In this document: in pieces, positions 15,633 to 25,254 of the stretch | Layout: each line of letters opens with the position of its first letter | Position numbering within the stretch: position 1 is the stretch's first letter | Assembly: GCF_900232105.1 (NCBI RefSeq) | Contig: NZ_LT934425.1 | Coordinates: forward strand, 2,190,001 to 2,222,000 | Direction of reading: 5' to 3' | DNA: 32,000 nucleotides | From: Candidatus Kuenenia stuttgartensis | Lineage (GTDB): Bacteria; Planctomycetota; Brocadiia; Brocadiales; Brocadiaceae | Made by a program: the position numbers and the translations under genes | Notes under the pieces: model-generated | The model's database searches: none | What the model was told of the DNA's origin: nothing | Seen by the model: only the letters and a program-made list of their open reading frames with translations

Positions 15633-16343
15633 ATGAGACAATTTGCGGTAATTGGATTGGGAAGGTTTGGCTTCAAGGTGGCAGAAGTATTGGCGAAAAA
15701 AGGAGCATCGGTAATTGCGATTGACCGGCGGCAGGATTTAATAGAAAAAATAAGCGATTTTGTTACCAAGGCAATTCAGATAGATAGCGCCAATGAAGAG
15801 GCGCTTATAGCCAGCGGCATTAAGGAGGTAGATGTGGCTATAATCAGTATTGGCGAAAATATTGAATCGAGCATCCTCACCACGGCACTGGTCAAAAATA
15901 TTGGCATAAATGAGATCATTTCCCGTGCGTGTACCTCGCTTCACGCACAGATATTAAAAATGGTAGGTGCCACACGCGTAATATTCCCCGAAGAAGATAT
16001 GGGTGTTCGCGTGGCAAACAGTGTTTTGTCTCCGGGCATATTGGAATACATGGAACTGGGCGCAGATTATACCCTTGCAGAAATTGAAGCGAAAAAAGAG
16101 TGGATTGGCAGCACGATAAACGTATGGGATGTAAAGAATAACTTTGGGGTTAACGTTGTGATTATAAAGAGGAAGATTGTTGAAACTGTGGAAAAGGCAG
16201 AAGAGGCAAAAGAGACAGAAGAGGCAAAAGAAAAAGAAATAAAAGTACTGCCCACCGCCAATTATAAAATTGAAGAAGGCGATGTTTTTATTATTTTAGG
16301 CGATAAGAAAGATATCGAGAGATTTGAGAAAAAATGGAAATAA
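15633..16343 (+). CDS. TrkA/KtrA-family potassium uptake regulatory protein (RCK N and C domains)
   Basis: The N-terminus FAVIGLGRFGFKVAEVLAKKGASVIAIDR is a Rossmann/RCK-N motif. The C-terminus EGDVFIILGDKKDIERF is a TrkA-C motif. The gene lies 31 nt downstream of the TrkH-family gene. Confidence 0.9.
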   Translation: MRQFAVIGLGRFGFKVAEVLAKKGASVIAIDRRQDLIEKISDFVTKAIQIDSANEEALIASGIKEVDVAIISIGENIESSILTTALVKNIGINEIISRACTSLHAQILKMVGATRVIFPEEDMGVRVANSVLSPGILEYMELGADYTLAEIEAKKEWIGSTINVWDVKNNFGVNVVIIKRKIVETVEKAEEAKETEEAKEKEIKVLPTANYKIEEGDVFIILGDKKDIERFEKKWK

Positions 16344-16778
16344 TGACAGGTTTTTCTTCTCAGTCCATACAATTTTACTATCCTTTTACAGTATTCCACG
16401 ATAAAAAAATCTTTTTTTATAAGCTTTTCGTATCCTCTCGAAATTTCATGGTAAAAGATTGGCAAAGAACCACGGATTCCCATAAAAGTAACAAAAGATT
16501 ATGTTGAGAAATGAACGATAACATGCTATTTTCTTACCATAAACATACTCAAGGGGTCCACAAAGTGTGATTTCAAAAATGCTATAACTATTTATGTCAA
16601 CAAAAGTTAAATCTAGTTTTAGAAATCCCTGTTTGTGAACTCTTACAGTATAATCTCTTTCTATTCATCACCACACCCTAACATGGACAAGCGGAAACCA
16701 AACAAGCATGATAACGATAAAACAAAATTTTTTATAGGAACAATTGGATTTTAATCTGGATACCAACAAACAATAACC

Positions 16779-17327
16779 GTGAACTTTTTAATAAATAATA
16801 AATATATTCCAAAACGCCTGCAGGAGAAAATATATACCTATCTTCGCGGGCTGGTTAAATTACGCAGTTCGTCAAGAGCGATCTCCCTTGGCGTTGCCAT
16901 CGGGATATTTGTTGCCGTGACGCCAACTATCGGACTACAAATTTTTATCGCCGCTTTTCTCTCGTCGATCTGCAATGCCAACCGGCCTGCGGCTATTATC
17001 TTTGTATGGACAACAAATCCAATAACCTTTCCTTTTGTCTATGGGTTTACCTACTGGGTGGGCAACCTTTTCTGGAGCGGCCCTCCGCTCTTTAAAGTCA
17101 AAGAAATTTTAATGAAAACTGACCATGCATTGGATAAAGGGGAAGTATGGCATTTCTATGACCGGTTAAAAACAATCCTGGCTCTCTGGAGAAATATTTT
17201 CATCCCCCTCACAATCGGTGGAATAATTGTGGGCGCTGTTGCAGGGGGTATTGCCTACTTAATTACATTGCGGGTGATTCTGTATTGTAAAAAGCATTTC
17301 AGGCACACCCACCACGAAGATACATGA
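16779..17327 (+). CDS. DUF2062-family membrane protein
   Basis: SSRAISLGVAIGIFVAVTPTIGLQIFIAAFLSSICNANRPAAIIFVWTTNPITFPFVYGF matches the DUF2062 pattern. GTG start. Confidence 0.65.
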   Translation: MNFLINNKYIPKRLQEKIYTYLRGLVKLRSSSRAISLGVAIGIFVAVTPTIGLQIFIAAFLSSICNANRPAAIIFVWTTNPITFPFVYGFTYWVGNLFWSGPPLFKVKEILMKTDHALDKGEVWHFYDRLKTILALWRNIFIPLTIGGIIVGAVAGGIAYLITLRVILYCKKHFRHTHHEDT

Positions 17328-17460
17328 ATTTCTGCCGGTTCAATATGAAGGACGGCATATCGTTTCAGCGAGCGGAATCCGCCCTGGAACATTTTCTCAA
17401 AAAGTTAAACTGTTGCCTTGTTTTTAAATTTTCAAGCCAAATGAGAAAGGGAATAAAAGA

Positions 17461-18855
17461 ATGAATATAACCTTTATCGGTGCGGCAAGAATGGTTACCG
17501 GCTCTTGTTTTTACATCCAAACGAAAGAGGCAAATCTGCTCATTGACTGCGGTTTTTTCCAGGGGTCAAAAGAAAATGAAGAACAGAACGCCAACTCTTT
17601 TTCCTTCGACCCCTCCGGGATACACTATCTTTTGTTGACGCATGCCCACCTTGATCATTCGGGACTCATTCCAAAACTGGTGAAAGATGGTTTTAAAGGG
17701 AAAATACTTGCCACAAACGCAACGGTTGAATTGTGCCGTATCATGCTTATGGACTCAGCTTATATACAGGAACGTGACGCAGAATGGGACAATAAGAAAC
17801 GGGGCTGGGCTGGGAAGCCTTTATTAACACCCTTATACACTGCCGATGAAGCCGCCGACAGCCTTGATTATTTTCAGGGAATAGAGTATGGCACAATAGA
17901 GGAAATCGGGAACGGGATAAAGGTGAGATTTCAGGATGCAGGGCATATTTTGGGGTCTGCGATTGTTGAGTTGTGGGTAAACGAAGATGCCTCCGGAGAA
18001 AAAAAGCTCGTTTTTTCAGGCGATCTCGGGCAAAAAAATATACCTGTTGTAAATGACCCAACTCCCATAGAGGAAGGGGACTATGTATTTATAGAATCCA
18101 CTTACGCCAATCGGAGACACAAGGGCATAAACGAGACAACCGAAGAATTAAGACAAGCGGTAACAGAGTCATTGGAAAGGGGGGGGAATATAAGTATCCC
18201 CGCCTTTGCCGTTGGACGAACACAAAACATCCTCTATCTTTTAAAAAAACTATCGATAGGGGGGAAATTAGACCATCTCCGGGTCTTTGTTGACAGCCCA
18301 ATGGCAATACGCGCCACCAGGATTACACTAAATCATCCGGAATGCCTTGATGATGAAACCCTTGAGCTTATCAGGGAAGGGAAATTTTCCGGAAGCAATC
18401 TTTCGTTAGAATTTACAGAAGCCGTGGAAGCATCCATGGAATTAAACAAGATAAAACGCGGTGCGATTATCATTTCTGCCAGTGGGATGTGTAATGCAGG
18501 CAGAATTCGCCACCATTTAAAACACAATTTGTGGCGCCCGGAATGCAGCGTTATCTTTGTGGGATTCCAGGCATATGGTACGCTGGGAAGAAAGATTGTA
18601 GAAGGCGCCTCTATGGTAAAACTCTTTGGTGAAGAAATTGCCGTAAAAGCAAAAATTTATACGATCGGAGGTCTTTCTGCGCACGCGGACCAGGAAGGGC
18701 TTATGGACTGGCTTAATAAATTCAAAAGAAAACCCAGGCGTATTTTCGTTATACACGGCGAGGAAGAAACGGCGCTCGGCTTTGTTGACGCCATTAAGAA
18801 ACAGCTAAACACCGACACCTGCGCACCGCTTCGCATGGAAGTTGTTACCATCTAA
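17461..18855 (+). CDS. MBL-fold beta-CASP hydrolase (RNA-metabolising, RNase J/CPSF-like)
   Basis: LLLTHAHLDHSG (HxHxDH), the later motifs FQDAGHILGS and the SAHAD (GGLSAHAD) motif, a C-terminal RMMBL-like region, and a length of 464 aa. Confidence 0.85.
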   Translation: MNITFIGAARMVTGSCFYIQTKEANLLIDCGFFQGSKENEEQNANSFSFDPSGIHYLLLTHAHLDHSGLIPKLVKDGFKGKILATNATVELCRIMLMDSAYIQERDAEWDNKKRGWAGKPLLTPLYTADEAADSLDYFQGIEYGTIEEIGNGIKVRFQDAGHILGSAIVELWVNEDASGEKKLVFSGDLGQKNIPVVNDPTPIEEGDYVFIESTYANRRHKGINETTEELRQAVTESLERGGNISIPAFAVGRTQNILYLLKKLSIGGKLDHLRVFVDSPMAIRATRITLNHPECLDDETLELIREGKFSGSNLSLEFTEAVEASMELNKIKRGAIIISASGMCNAGRIRHHLKHNLWRPECSVIFVGFQAYGTLGRKIVEGASMVKLFGEEIAVKAKIYTIGGLSAHADQEGLMDWLNKFKRKPRRIFVIHGEEETALGFVDAIKKQLNTDTCAPLRMEVVTI

Positions 18856-18965
18856 GACTATGCCGTCACAGTTACAAACACTTTCATGATTCTTTCAGGC
18901 AAAGACAGGTTTTAAACCTGTCTCCGCCGGACTACCACGTTTTCTTTGGAAAGGAGGATGGTTTC

Positions 18966-20030
18966 ATGCACAGATTATTTAAAAACAGATCGAAAAAAAC
19001 CGGTTTGCCCCCAGGGGCTCTTATTCATATTGGCGAGAAGAAATTAGCGAAGGTAAAAATAACTGCCATGGAATACAGCGGGACAAGCTGCCTTGAAAGG
19101 GAAATACCGGACATTAATGAATGCTTTCCGCTGAAAAACGACCAAATGACAACGTGGATCAATATCTGCGGTATTCATAGTATTGAAAACATTGAGAATA
19201 TTGGAAAACTTGCAAATATACACCCATTATTGTTGGAAGACATAATGAACACAGACCATCGCCCAAAAATGGAAGATTTTGAAGACTATATCTTCATCGT
19301 TCTGAAAACGCTTACTTTTAACGAAGACGATAAACGGATTGATGCAGAGCAAATAAGTTTAATCCTTGGCCAAAATTATGTTATTTCCTTTCAGGAAAAG
19401 GAAGGCAGTATTTTTACTCCCGTCATAGGCCGGATTAAAAATGGCAAGGGACGCATAAAGAAAATGGGCGCAGATTATCTGGCTTATGCGCTCCTTGATG
19501 CTATTGTAGACGGTTATTTCGTTGTGTTGGAAAAGATGGGGGAATACATCGAGGACATAGAAGAAGAATTAATTACAACGCCTTCCATGGAAACCCTTCG
19601 AAAGATTCATAACGTTAAGCGCGAGATATTGTTTCTGCGGAAATCCATCTGGCCGCTGCGGGAGGTAATTAATACCATGGACAAGGGCGAACTACCCCTT
19701 ATACGAAGCTCTACCTACGTTTATCTGCGAGATGTGTACGATCACACCATACATATTATCGATACCATTGAAACGTTTCGCGACATGGCGACAGGAATGC
19801 TTGATATTTATCTTTCAAGCGTGAGTAACAAGCTGAACGAAGTTGTGAAGGTATTAACCATTATCGCAACAATATTCATGCCGCTCACTTTTATTGCAGG
19901 TGTTTACGGAATGAATTTTAAATATCTTCCCGAAGCAGAATGGCGCTGGGGATATTTTGCCGTTTTAATGGCAATGGGTATCATCGGGACGACTATGGTT
20001 GTGTATTTCCGGAAAAAACGATGGATATAA
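18966..20030 (+). CDS. corA: magnesium/cobalt transporter CorA
   Basis: GVYGMNF signature followed by a final TM helix. 354 aa. AGGAGG RBS upstream. Confidence 0.93.
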   Translation: MHRLFKNRSKKTGLPPGALIHIGEKKLAKVKITAMEYSGTSCLEREIPDINECFPLKNDQMTTWINICGIHSIENIENIGKLANIHPLLLEDIMNTDHRPKMEDFEDYIFIVLKTLTFNEDDKRIDAEQISLILGQNYVISFQEKEGSIFTPVIGRIKNGKGRIKKMGADYLAYALLDAIVDGYFVVLEKMGEYIEDIEEELITTPSMETLRKIHNVKREILFLRKSIWPLREVINTMDKGELPLIRSSTYVYLRDVYDHTIHIIDTIETFRDMATGMLDIYLSSVSNKLNEVVKVLTIIATIFMPLTFIAGVYGMNFKYLPEAEWRWGYFAVLMAMGIIGTTMVVYFRKKRWI

Positions 20031-20135
20031 ATTATGGCTGCTGTTTGTTTCCAAACAAACCATGTGCCGGGCCGGCCGAAGCATCTGTTTGGGAACGAGC
20101 CGTGTATCGTTTACGCGGAATAGTTACTATATTTT

Positions 20136-21155
20136 CTACTTATCCGTTCTGAGTTCTTTCAAATAGCTTTCCATCTGGTAAAGATATTTTTCCGAGGCAG
20201 CCAGTGATTTTGTTCTTTCTTCATCTGTTGCTGCGCTTTTTGCCTGCAGGCTGTTTACTTTTGCCCGTATATTGGCACGATAACTTTTATAATAAATAAA
20301 AAGATCACGTTCTTTTTCCGATTTCATAGCGGGGAAAAAATCATTATAATATTCAAGAAATAAGTCTGACAAATCCTTTCGGCCAAATGCATCCAAATCC
20401 ATACATAGGAAAGCCACTTCATTTAATACATCAATTTGACGAAAATCGTCATTGAACTCAATACAATCGAACGGCACCGGATCAGGTAATAAGAAAATAT
20501 TCCTCGAATGTAAATCCCCATGGCAATCCTTGCAGAAGCCCTCTCTAAGCCGGTAGGCTATCAACGCCTTATTCTTATCCATAAACTTATCAGAAAATTT
20601 GATAGCATTGGCGATGATAACGCCGAATGTGCTGCCCAGTTGTTCCGTTATAAATTTCTTTTCTGCTGCCAGGTCATTGAATTTTTTTCCGATATCCGAT
20701 AAATCCTTTTCATAAATAATCGTTGTGTTTTTATGAAATGAAGCTATTTTCTCTGCCAGCTTTTTGATATCTGATTCGGTTACCAAATGCTGCGTCAGCA
20801 ATTTATCCATTTGTTTTTCTGTGTCCAGTCTATTCATTTTTACTGCGTAATCTATTATGGTTCCCTCCTTCCCACCGATAATAATTTTATCCTGCGATTT
20901 GCGTACAGGCAACACTTCGAGATAAACATTGAGGGTTAGCCTTTTATTTAATTCTATCTCCCTGTGGCAATAATAATTGCGACGCTCAAGGGTGGAAAAA
21001 TCAAGAAAGGAATATTGTACCGGCTTTTTAATTTTATATACGAATTGATCGCATAAAATCACCCATGATATATGGGTTTCAATTAATTCCCTTTGGCTGG
21101 TTTCTTCCGGGAATTCGCCCCCGGACAACAGGTCATTGATTTGCTTTGTTGTCAT
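20136..21155 (-). CDS. APH/choline-kinase-type phosphotransferase family protein
   Basis: Kinase catalytic loop CHGDLHSRNIF and a downstream DxxE-type region. 339 aa. The start overlaps the upstream P-loop gene by 23 nt. Confidence 0.72.
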   Translation of the reverse strand: MTTKQINDLLSGGEFPEETSQRELIETHISWVILCDQFVYKIKKPVQYSFLDFSTLERRNYYCHREIELNKRLTLNVYLEVLPVRKSQDKIIIGGKEGTIIDYAVKMNRLDTEKQMDKLLTQHLVTESDIKKLAEKIASFHKNTTIIYEKDLSDIGKKFNDLAAEKKFITEQLGSTFGVIIANAIKFSDKFMDKNKALIAYRLREGFCKDCHGDLHSRNIFLLPDPVPFDCIEFNDDFRQIDVLNEVAFLCMDLDAFGRKDLSDLFLEYYNDFFPAMKSEKERDLFIYYKSYRANIRAKVNSLQAKSAATDEERTKSLAASEKYLYQMESYLKELRTDK

Positions 21156-21648
21156 TTTTAATTTTCAAATATTCAGAAGTCTTTCGCAACATTTCATCTA
21201 TATTGTCATCAGTTGACTTCAATATCAAATGAGGCTCGTTTAATGGTTCATTTTGCCGGCGAATGTGTTTATAAACCTCAAAATCCGCTTCACTGTATGG
21301 CCTGGGCTTTTTTAATCTTTCTCTTATTATATTTTCATCCGCCTGAACCTCTATAAAGAAAATATTGCCCTTTCCCTTCATTTCCTCAACAAACATTTTC
21401 CTTGTATCTTTTCTATGAAAAGTGGCATCCAGTACTAAATTATTTTTTTGTTGTATCGCTTGCTCCATCTGTTGAAGCATTTTATCATATACCGCCCTTT
21501 TCTCCTGTTCAGAATAAACGCTTTCTTTAAAAAGTTCTTTCCTCACTTTATCACTGCTCACATATCCGGCGTTGATCATTTTTGCAAGCCTGGAAGCAAA
21601 ATAACTTTTACCTGAACCCGGTAAACCGAAAACAATTATAATCATCAT
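21133..21648 (-). CDS. P-loop (AAA_33-like) kinase/ATP-binding protein
   Basis: Walker A motif FGLPGSGKSYFA at the N-terminus. VLDATF is Walker-B-like. 171 aa. Confidence 0.72.
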   Translation of the reverse strand: MMIIIVFGLPGSGKSYFASRLAKMINAGYVSSDKVRKELFKESVYSEQEKRAVYDKMLQQMEQAIQQKNNLVLDATFHRKDTRKMFVEEMKGKGNIFFIEVQADENIIRERLKKPRPYSEADFEVYKHIRRQNEPLNEPHLILKSTDDNIDEMLRKTSEYLKIKNDNKANQ

Positions 21649-21809
21649 TGTTTGACCTGATTTTTGTTATTTAAAATTAAATGATAGGTTTCGAAAATTT
21701 GATCCGGCTTTGTTACTATCGTTTTCCTGCTGACAGTATCAGATAGATATTCAATTGAGTAAATATTTCAGTTTTCTCAGGTTAAGAATAAGAATACTTC
21801 CATCGTCTT

Positions 21810-22036
21810 TTATATCAATAAGCTTTTCATTTCTAAAATCGCTGAGGGTTTTTATAAGAGATTCATTTGCTGTACCCGTTCGGTTTTGGCAGTGAGGAAA
21901 ATGAACGGTGTATTTTTTATTCCATCATTTTTATGAACGGCATGCAGTACCCCGTAGCCCTCCGGCACAGGCATCATAATATCGCAAATGTCAGATCAGG
22001 CGAATGCTCGAGTGCTTTTCCAATACCGGTTTTCAT
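21810..22036 (-). pseudogene. decayed response-regulator receiver domain
   Basis: Minus-strand reading gives MKTGIGKALEHSPDLTFAIL*. After a frame change it reads DIMMPVPEGYGVLHAVHKNDGIKNTPFIFLTAKTERVQQMNLL*KPSAILEMKSLLI*. The receiver motifs DIMMP, FLTAK and KP are present. The first ~45 aa (acidic pocket) are missing, and one frameshift plus two in-frame stops are visible. Confidence 0.6.
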
Positions 22037-22159
22037 TCCCTGAATTCAATTATAATTAAATGAAAAAAATAACCTTTAATCATAGGCTACCTGACCACTG
22101 ATTTCAATCAGCGACATCCTTTATTACCTGATCAGCGTTTACCTTTGCAGTGGTTTTCC

Positions 22160-22213
22160 ATGGGATATTGGATTATAACAAGGGTGGATTATTTATCCGG
22201 CCCCCTTTTTTAA
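22160..22213 (+). promoter_or_regulatory. candidate mgtA leader attenuator: 17-codon mini-ORF overlapping a terminator-like hairpin
   Basis: The ATG at 22160 encodes MGYWIITRVDYLSGPLF*. The hairpin is AAGGG-TGGAT / ATCCG-(GCC)-CCCTT at 22180-22207, followed by T6 (22206-22211). It lies ~85 nt before the mgtA ATG. No plus-strand gene lies upstream that it could terminate. No clear RBS for the mini-ORF. Confidence 0.3.
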
Positions 22214-22295
22214 TTTAATTACTATAATACAACAACTGATTTTCAGAAAGCGCTATCAAGCAAGATATCGAAAAATTTAAATCAGGAATTGAAAA

Positions 22296-25019
22296 ATGAA
22301 GTATGAAAAGTCAGAAATAAAAAAGTTGAAAAAAGTAATCAAACGACCCTTTAAGTCAATACGCAGTGCTGAAATGAGTGAACGAGCAATAATCAAATTG
22401 CGCGATGCTTCCCGAAAAGATACATATTCAGTATATGCTATGATGGAAAGTTCCGCCACAGGAATTTCAAATGAAGAGGCGGATGATCGCATTTTAAAAT
22501 TTGGTTTGAACGAGGTTGGCTACGATAAAGCGCCATCATGGCTTAAACAATTAATAAAAGCATTTATAAATCCATTCATTTTTATCCTTCTATCAATCAT
22601 CATAATTTCTTTTGTGATTGATGTGGGGCTGGCAGCGCCTGGTGAGCAGGATTATAAAACGGTAGCAGTTGTTTCTGTTATGGTTATTTTTAGCGTGCTA
22701 CTTAGTTTTTTCCAGGAGTTTAAAAGTAACCGTGCGGCCGAACAGTTAAAGCGCATGATAAAAACAACGGCAACAGTACTTCGTCAATCAATCGGTAAAG
22801 GCGAAATACTAATGACACATTTAGTACCTGGTGATGTCGTTTATTTATCCGCCGGAGATATGATCCCGGCAGATTGCCGCATCGTGCAAAGCACCGATTT
22901 ATTTGTAAGTGAATCTATGCTCACAGGCGAATCACTTCCAGTAGAAAAAATGTATTTGCCAATTGGTGATGTGGATAATAGCCAACCTATTGAGCTTGGT
23001 AACCTATGCTTTATGGGTACAAACGTAGTGAGCGGATCAGCAAAAGCAGTAGTAATTACTACAGGTGCCAACACCTATTTTGGCAGTATCAGCAAGGGTA
23101 TTGTTGGCGACAGACCGGAAACTAATTTCGATAAAGGGATTAATAAAGTGAGTCGCCTGCTCATTCGCTTTATGCTCATCATGGTACCCATTATTTTTCT
23201 GATAAATGGTTTAGTGAAAGGGGATTGGAGGGATGCCTTACTCTTTGCCATTGCAGTAGCAGTAGGATTAACACCTGAAATGTTACCTGTGATCGTTACT
23301 TCAAACTTAGCCAAAGGTGCAGTAAGCATGAGCAAACACAAGGTGATAGTAAAGCGATTAAATGCTATTCAAAACATTGGTGCAATGGATATGCTTTGTA
23401 CCGATAAAACGGGTACATTGACTTTGGATAAAATTGTGCTGGAAAATCATTTAAATGTTTTTGGTGAGGAAGATGATGAAGTTTTGAAATGGGCTTATCT
23501 GAACAGTTACCATCAAACAGGCTTAAAAAACTTATTGGACAAAGCGGTGCTGGAACATGTAGAGGTAAAAGACTACTTAAGAGTAGAAGAGCATTTCACC
23601 AAGGTTGATGAAATTCCCTTTGACTTTCAACGCAGAAGAATGAGCGTTATATTAAAACAAAAAAACGGCAAACATTTACTCATTTGTAAAGGCGCCGTGG
23701 AAGAAATGCTGGATCTATGTACGCATAGTTTTGACCCTGGAGAAAATCGCCAATTGCATATTGGGCGGGATAAAGTGGTTTTGATGGATGATTTTATGCG
23801 AGGAAGAGTTTTAGAAACTTCCACAAGATCAAATGAAAAAGGGCTTCGCGTCTTGTTGCTTGCTATCCGTGAATTTGAGGGAGACCGGCCTTTGACCTAT
23901 TCCGTTGCAGATGAAAGTAATCTTACACTAACAGGATTTATAGGTTTTCTTGATCCGGCTAAACCATCCGCAAAACCAAGTATTGAGGCACTACATAAAT
24001 TGAATATCGAAGTAAAAGTATTGACAGGTGATAACGAAATTGTTACCAAAAAGATTTGTAAAGATGTTGGCATCCCAATTCAAAATATCATGTTGGGTAA
24101 TGAGTTGGAGTTGATCTCTGATGAAGAACTAACTGATCGGATAGACGAGATTTCCATATTTGCCAAATTGAGTCCTTTGCAAAAAGTAAGAGTAGTACAA
24201 GCGTTAAGGGCAAAAGGTCATACCGTTGGGTTCCTGGGAGATGGTATCAATGATGCGGCTGGTTTAAAAGAAGCAGATGTAGGTATTACGGTGGATACTG
24301 CCGTTGATATTGCAAAAGAAAGTTCAGATATTATTTTATTGGAAAAAGATTTAATGGTTCTGAGGGATGGAGTAATTTATGGTCGCAGAACTTTTGGGAA
24401 TATTATTAAATACATCAAAATGGCCACCAGCGGTAATTTCGGGAATGTATTCAGTATTTTAGGAGCCAGTGCATTTTTACCCTTCTTACCCATGTTGCCC
24501 ATTCAATTATTGGTACAAAACCTTTTATATGATGTTTCACAAACTTCCATTCCATGGGATAACGTGGATAAAGATTTTCTGGAAATGCCGAAGAAATGGG
24601 ATCCATCCGGGATTCAAAGATTTATGGTTCACATCGGCCCTATCAGTTCCATTTTCGATTACATCCTTTTTGCAGTAATGTTTTTTGTGTTTAAGGCGAA
24701 CAGCCCTGAGCATCAAAGTTTATTTCAAACAGGCTGGTTTGTGGAAGGTCTGCTTTCTCAAACATTAATTGTACACATGATCCGGACCAAAAAAATTCCA
24801 TTTATTCAAAGTTGGGCTTCTGCTCCGGTGATTGCATTAACCTATTTAATTATGATGACCGGAATTGCGATTCCATTCACACCTTTAGCAGAAGTTTTTT
24901 TTCTGCAGCCGCTTCCTTTTTCTTATTTCCCTTGGTTGATCGGTATTTTGGCCGGATATTGCTTCCTTACCCAATACATCAAAAATTGGTATATCAGAAG
25001 ATTTAATCAGTGGCTTTAA
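22296..25019 (+). CDS. mgtA: magnesium-translocating P-type ATPase
   Basis: Motifs: DKTGTLT phosphorylation site, TGES, GDGINDA, and the MgtA-typical PFDFQRRRMSVI. 907 aa. AGGA RBS. Confidence 0.93.
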   Translation: MKYEKSEIKKLKKVIKRPFKSIRSAEMSERAIIKLRDASRKDTYSVYAMMESSATGISNEEADDRILKFGLNEVGYDKAPSWLKQLIKAFINPFIFILLSIIIISFVIDVGLAAPGEQDYKTVAVVSVMVIFSVLLSFFQEFKSNRAAEQLKRMIKTTATVLRQSIGKGEILMTHLVPGDVVYLSAGDMIPADCRIVQSTDLFVSESMLTGESLPVEKMYLPIGDVDNSQPIELGNLCFMGTNVVSGSAKAVVITTGANTYFGSISKGIVGDRPETNFDKGINKVSRLLIRFMLIMVPIIFLINGLVKGDWRDALLFAIAVAVGLTPEMLPVIVTSNLAKGAVSMSKHKVIVKRLNAIQNIGAMDMLCTDKTGTLTLDKIVLENHLNVFGEEDDEVLKWAYLNSYHQTGLKNLLDKAVLEHVEVKDYLRVEEHFTKVDEIPFDFQRRRMSVILKQKNGKHLLICKGAVEEMLDLCTHSFDPGENRQLHIGRDKVVLMDDFMRGRVLETSTRSNEKGLRVLLLAIREFEGDRPLTYSVADESNLTLTGFIGFLDPAKPSAKPSIEALHKLNIEVKVLTGDNEIVTKKICKDVGIPIQNIMLGNELELISDEELTDRIDEISIFAKLSPLQKVRVVQALRAKGHTVGFLGDGINDAAGLKEADVGITVDTAVDIAKESSDIILLEKDLMVLRDGVIYGRRTFGNIIKYIKMATSGNFGNVFSILGASAFLPFLPMLPIQLLVQNLLYDVSQTSIPWDNVDKDFLEMPKKWDPSGIQRFMVHIGPISSIFDYILFAVMFFVFKANSPEHQSLFQTGWFVEGLLSQTLIVHMIRTKKIPFIQSWASAPVIALTYLIMMTGIAIPFTPLAEVFFLQPLPFSYFPWLIGILAGYCFLTQYIKNWYIRRFNQWL

Positions 25020-25101
25020 AGTTTTAGGGGGGGAATTATGGATGAAAATACCGGATGCATTAATTTAATAAATAGAAAAATTGTTCGGGTGTGAGCTTTA
25101 A

Positions 25102-25254
25102 AGACTAATATTCTTCTTGAATTCCATACCAAAAATTTCAGAGGGTTCTCTTTCGGATGAGCAAAAAAAACGGTTGCTTGAAATAGCTGATAAATATCCC
25201 GTTCACAAAACAATGCTCAGCAAAACACAAATCATCACCACACCCATGAAATAG
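25102..25254 (+). pseudogene. C-terminal fragment of an OsmC/Ohr-family protein
   Basis: The open frame after a stop codon reads ...GSLSDEQKKRLLEIADKYPVHKTMLSKTQIITTPMK*. It matches the OsmC C-terminal pattern (L-x-eq-x2-L-x-iA-x-kCPV-x-tL), with the Cys replaced by Tyr. No N-terminal part and no start codon. Confidence 0.4.

Noticed and set aside
16262-16483. 73-aa minus-strand ORF overlapping the 3' end of the TrkA-family gene.
   Set aside because: It overlaps a well-supported gene and has no RBS or recognisable family pattern.
22040-22295. Looked for an M-box (ykoK) Mg2+ riboswitch upstream of mgtA.
   Set aside because: I could not find the conserved M-box core strings as I remember them. 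Only a generic hairpin plus a T-run is present. An Rfam scan is needed for certainty.
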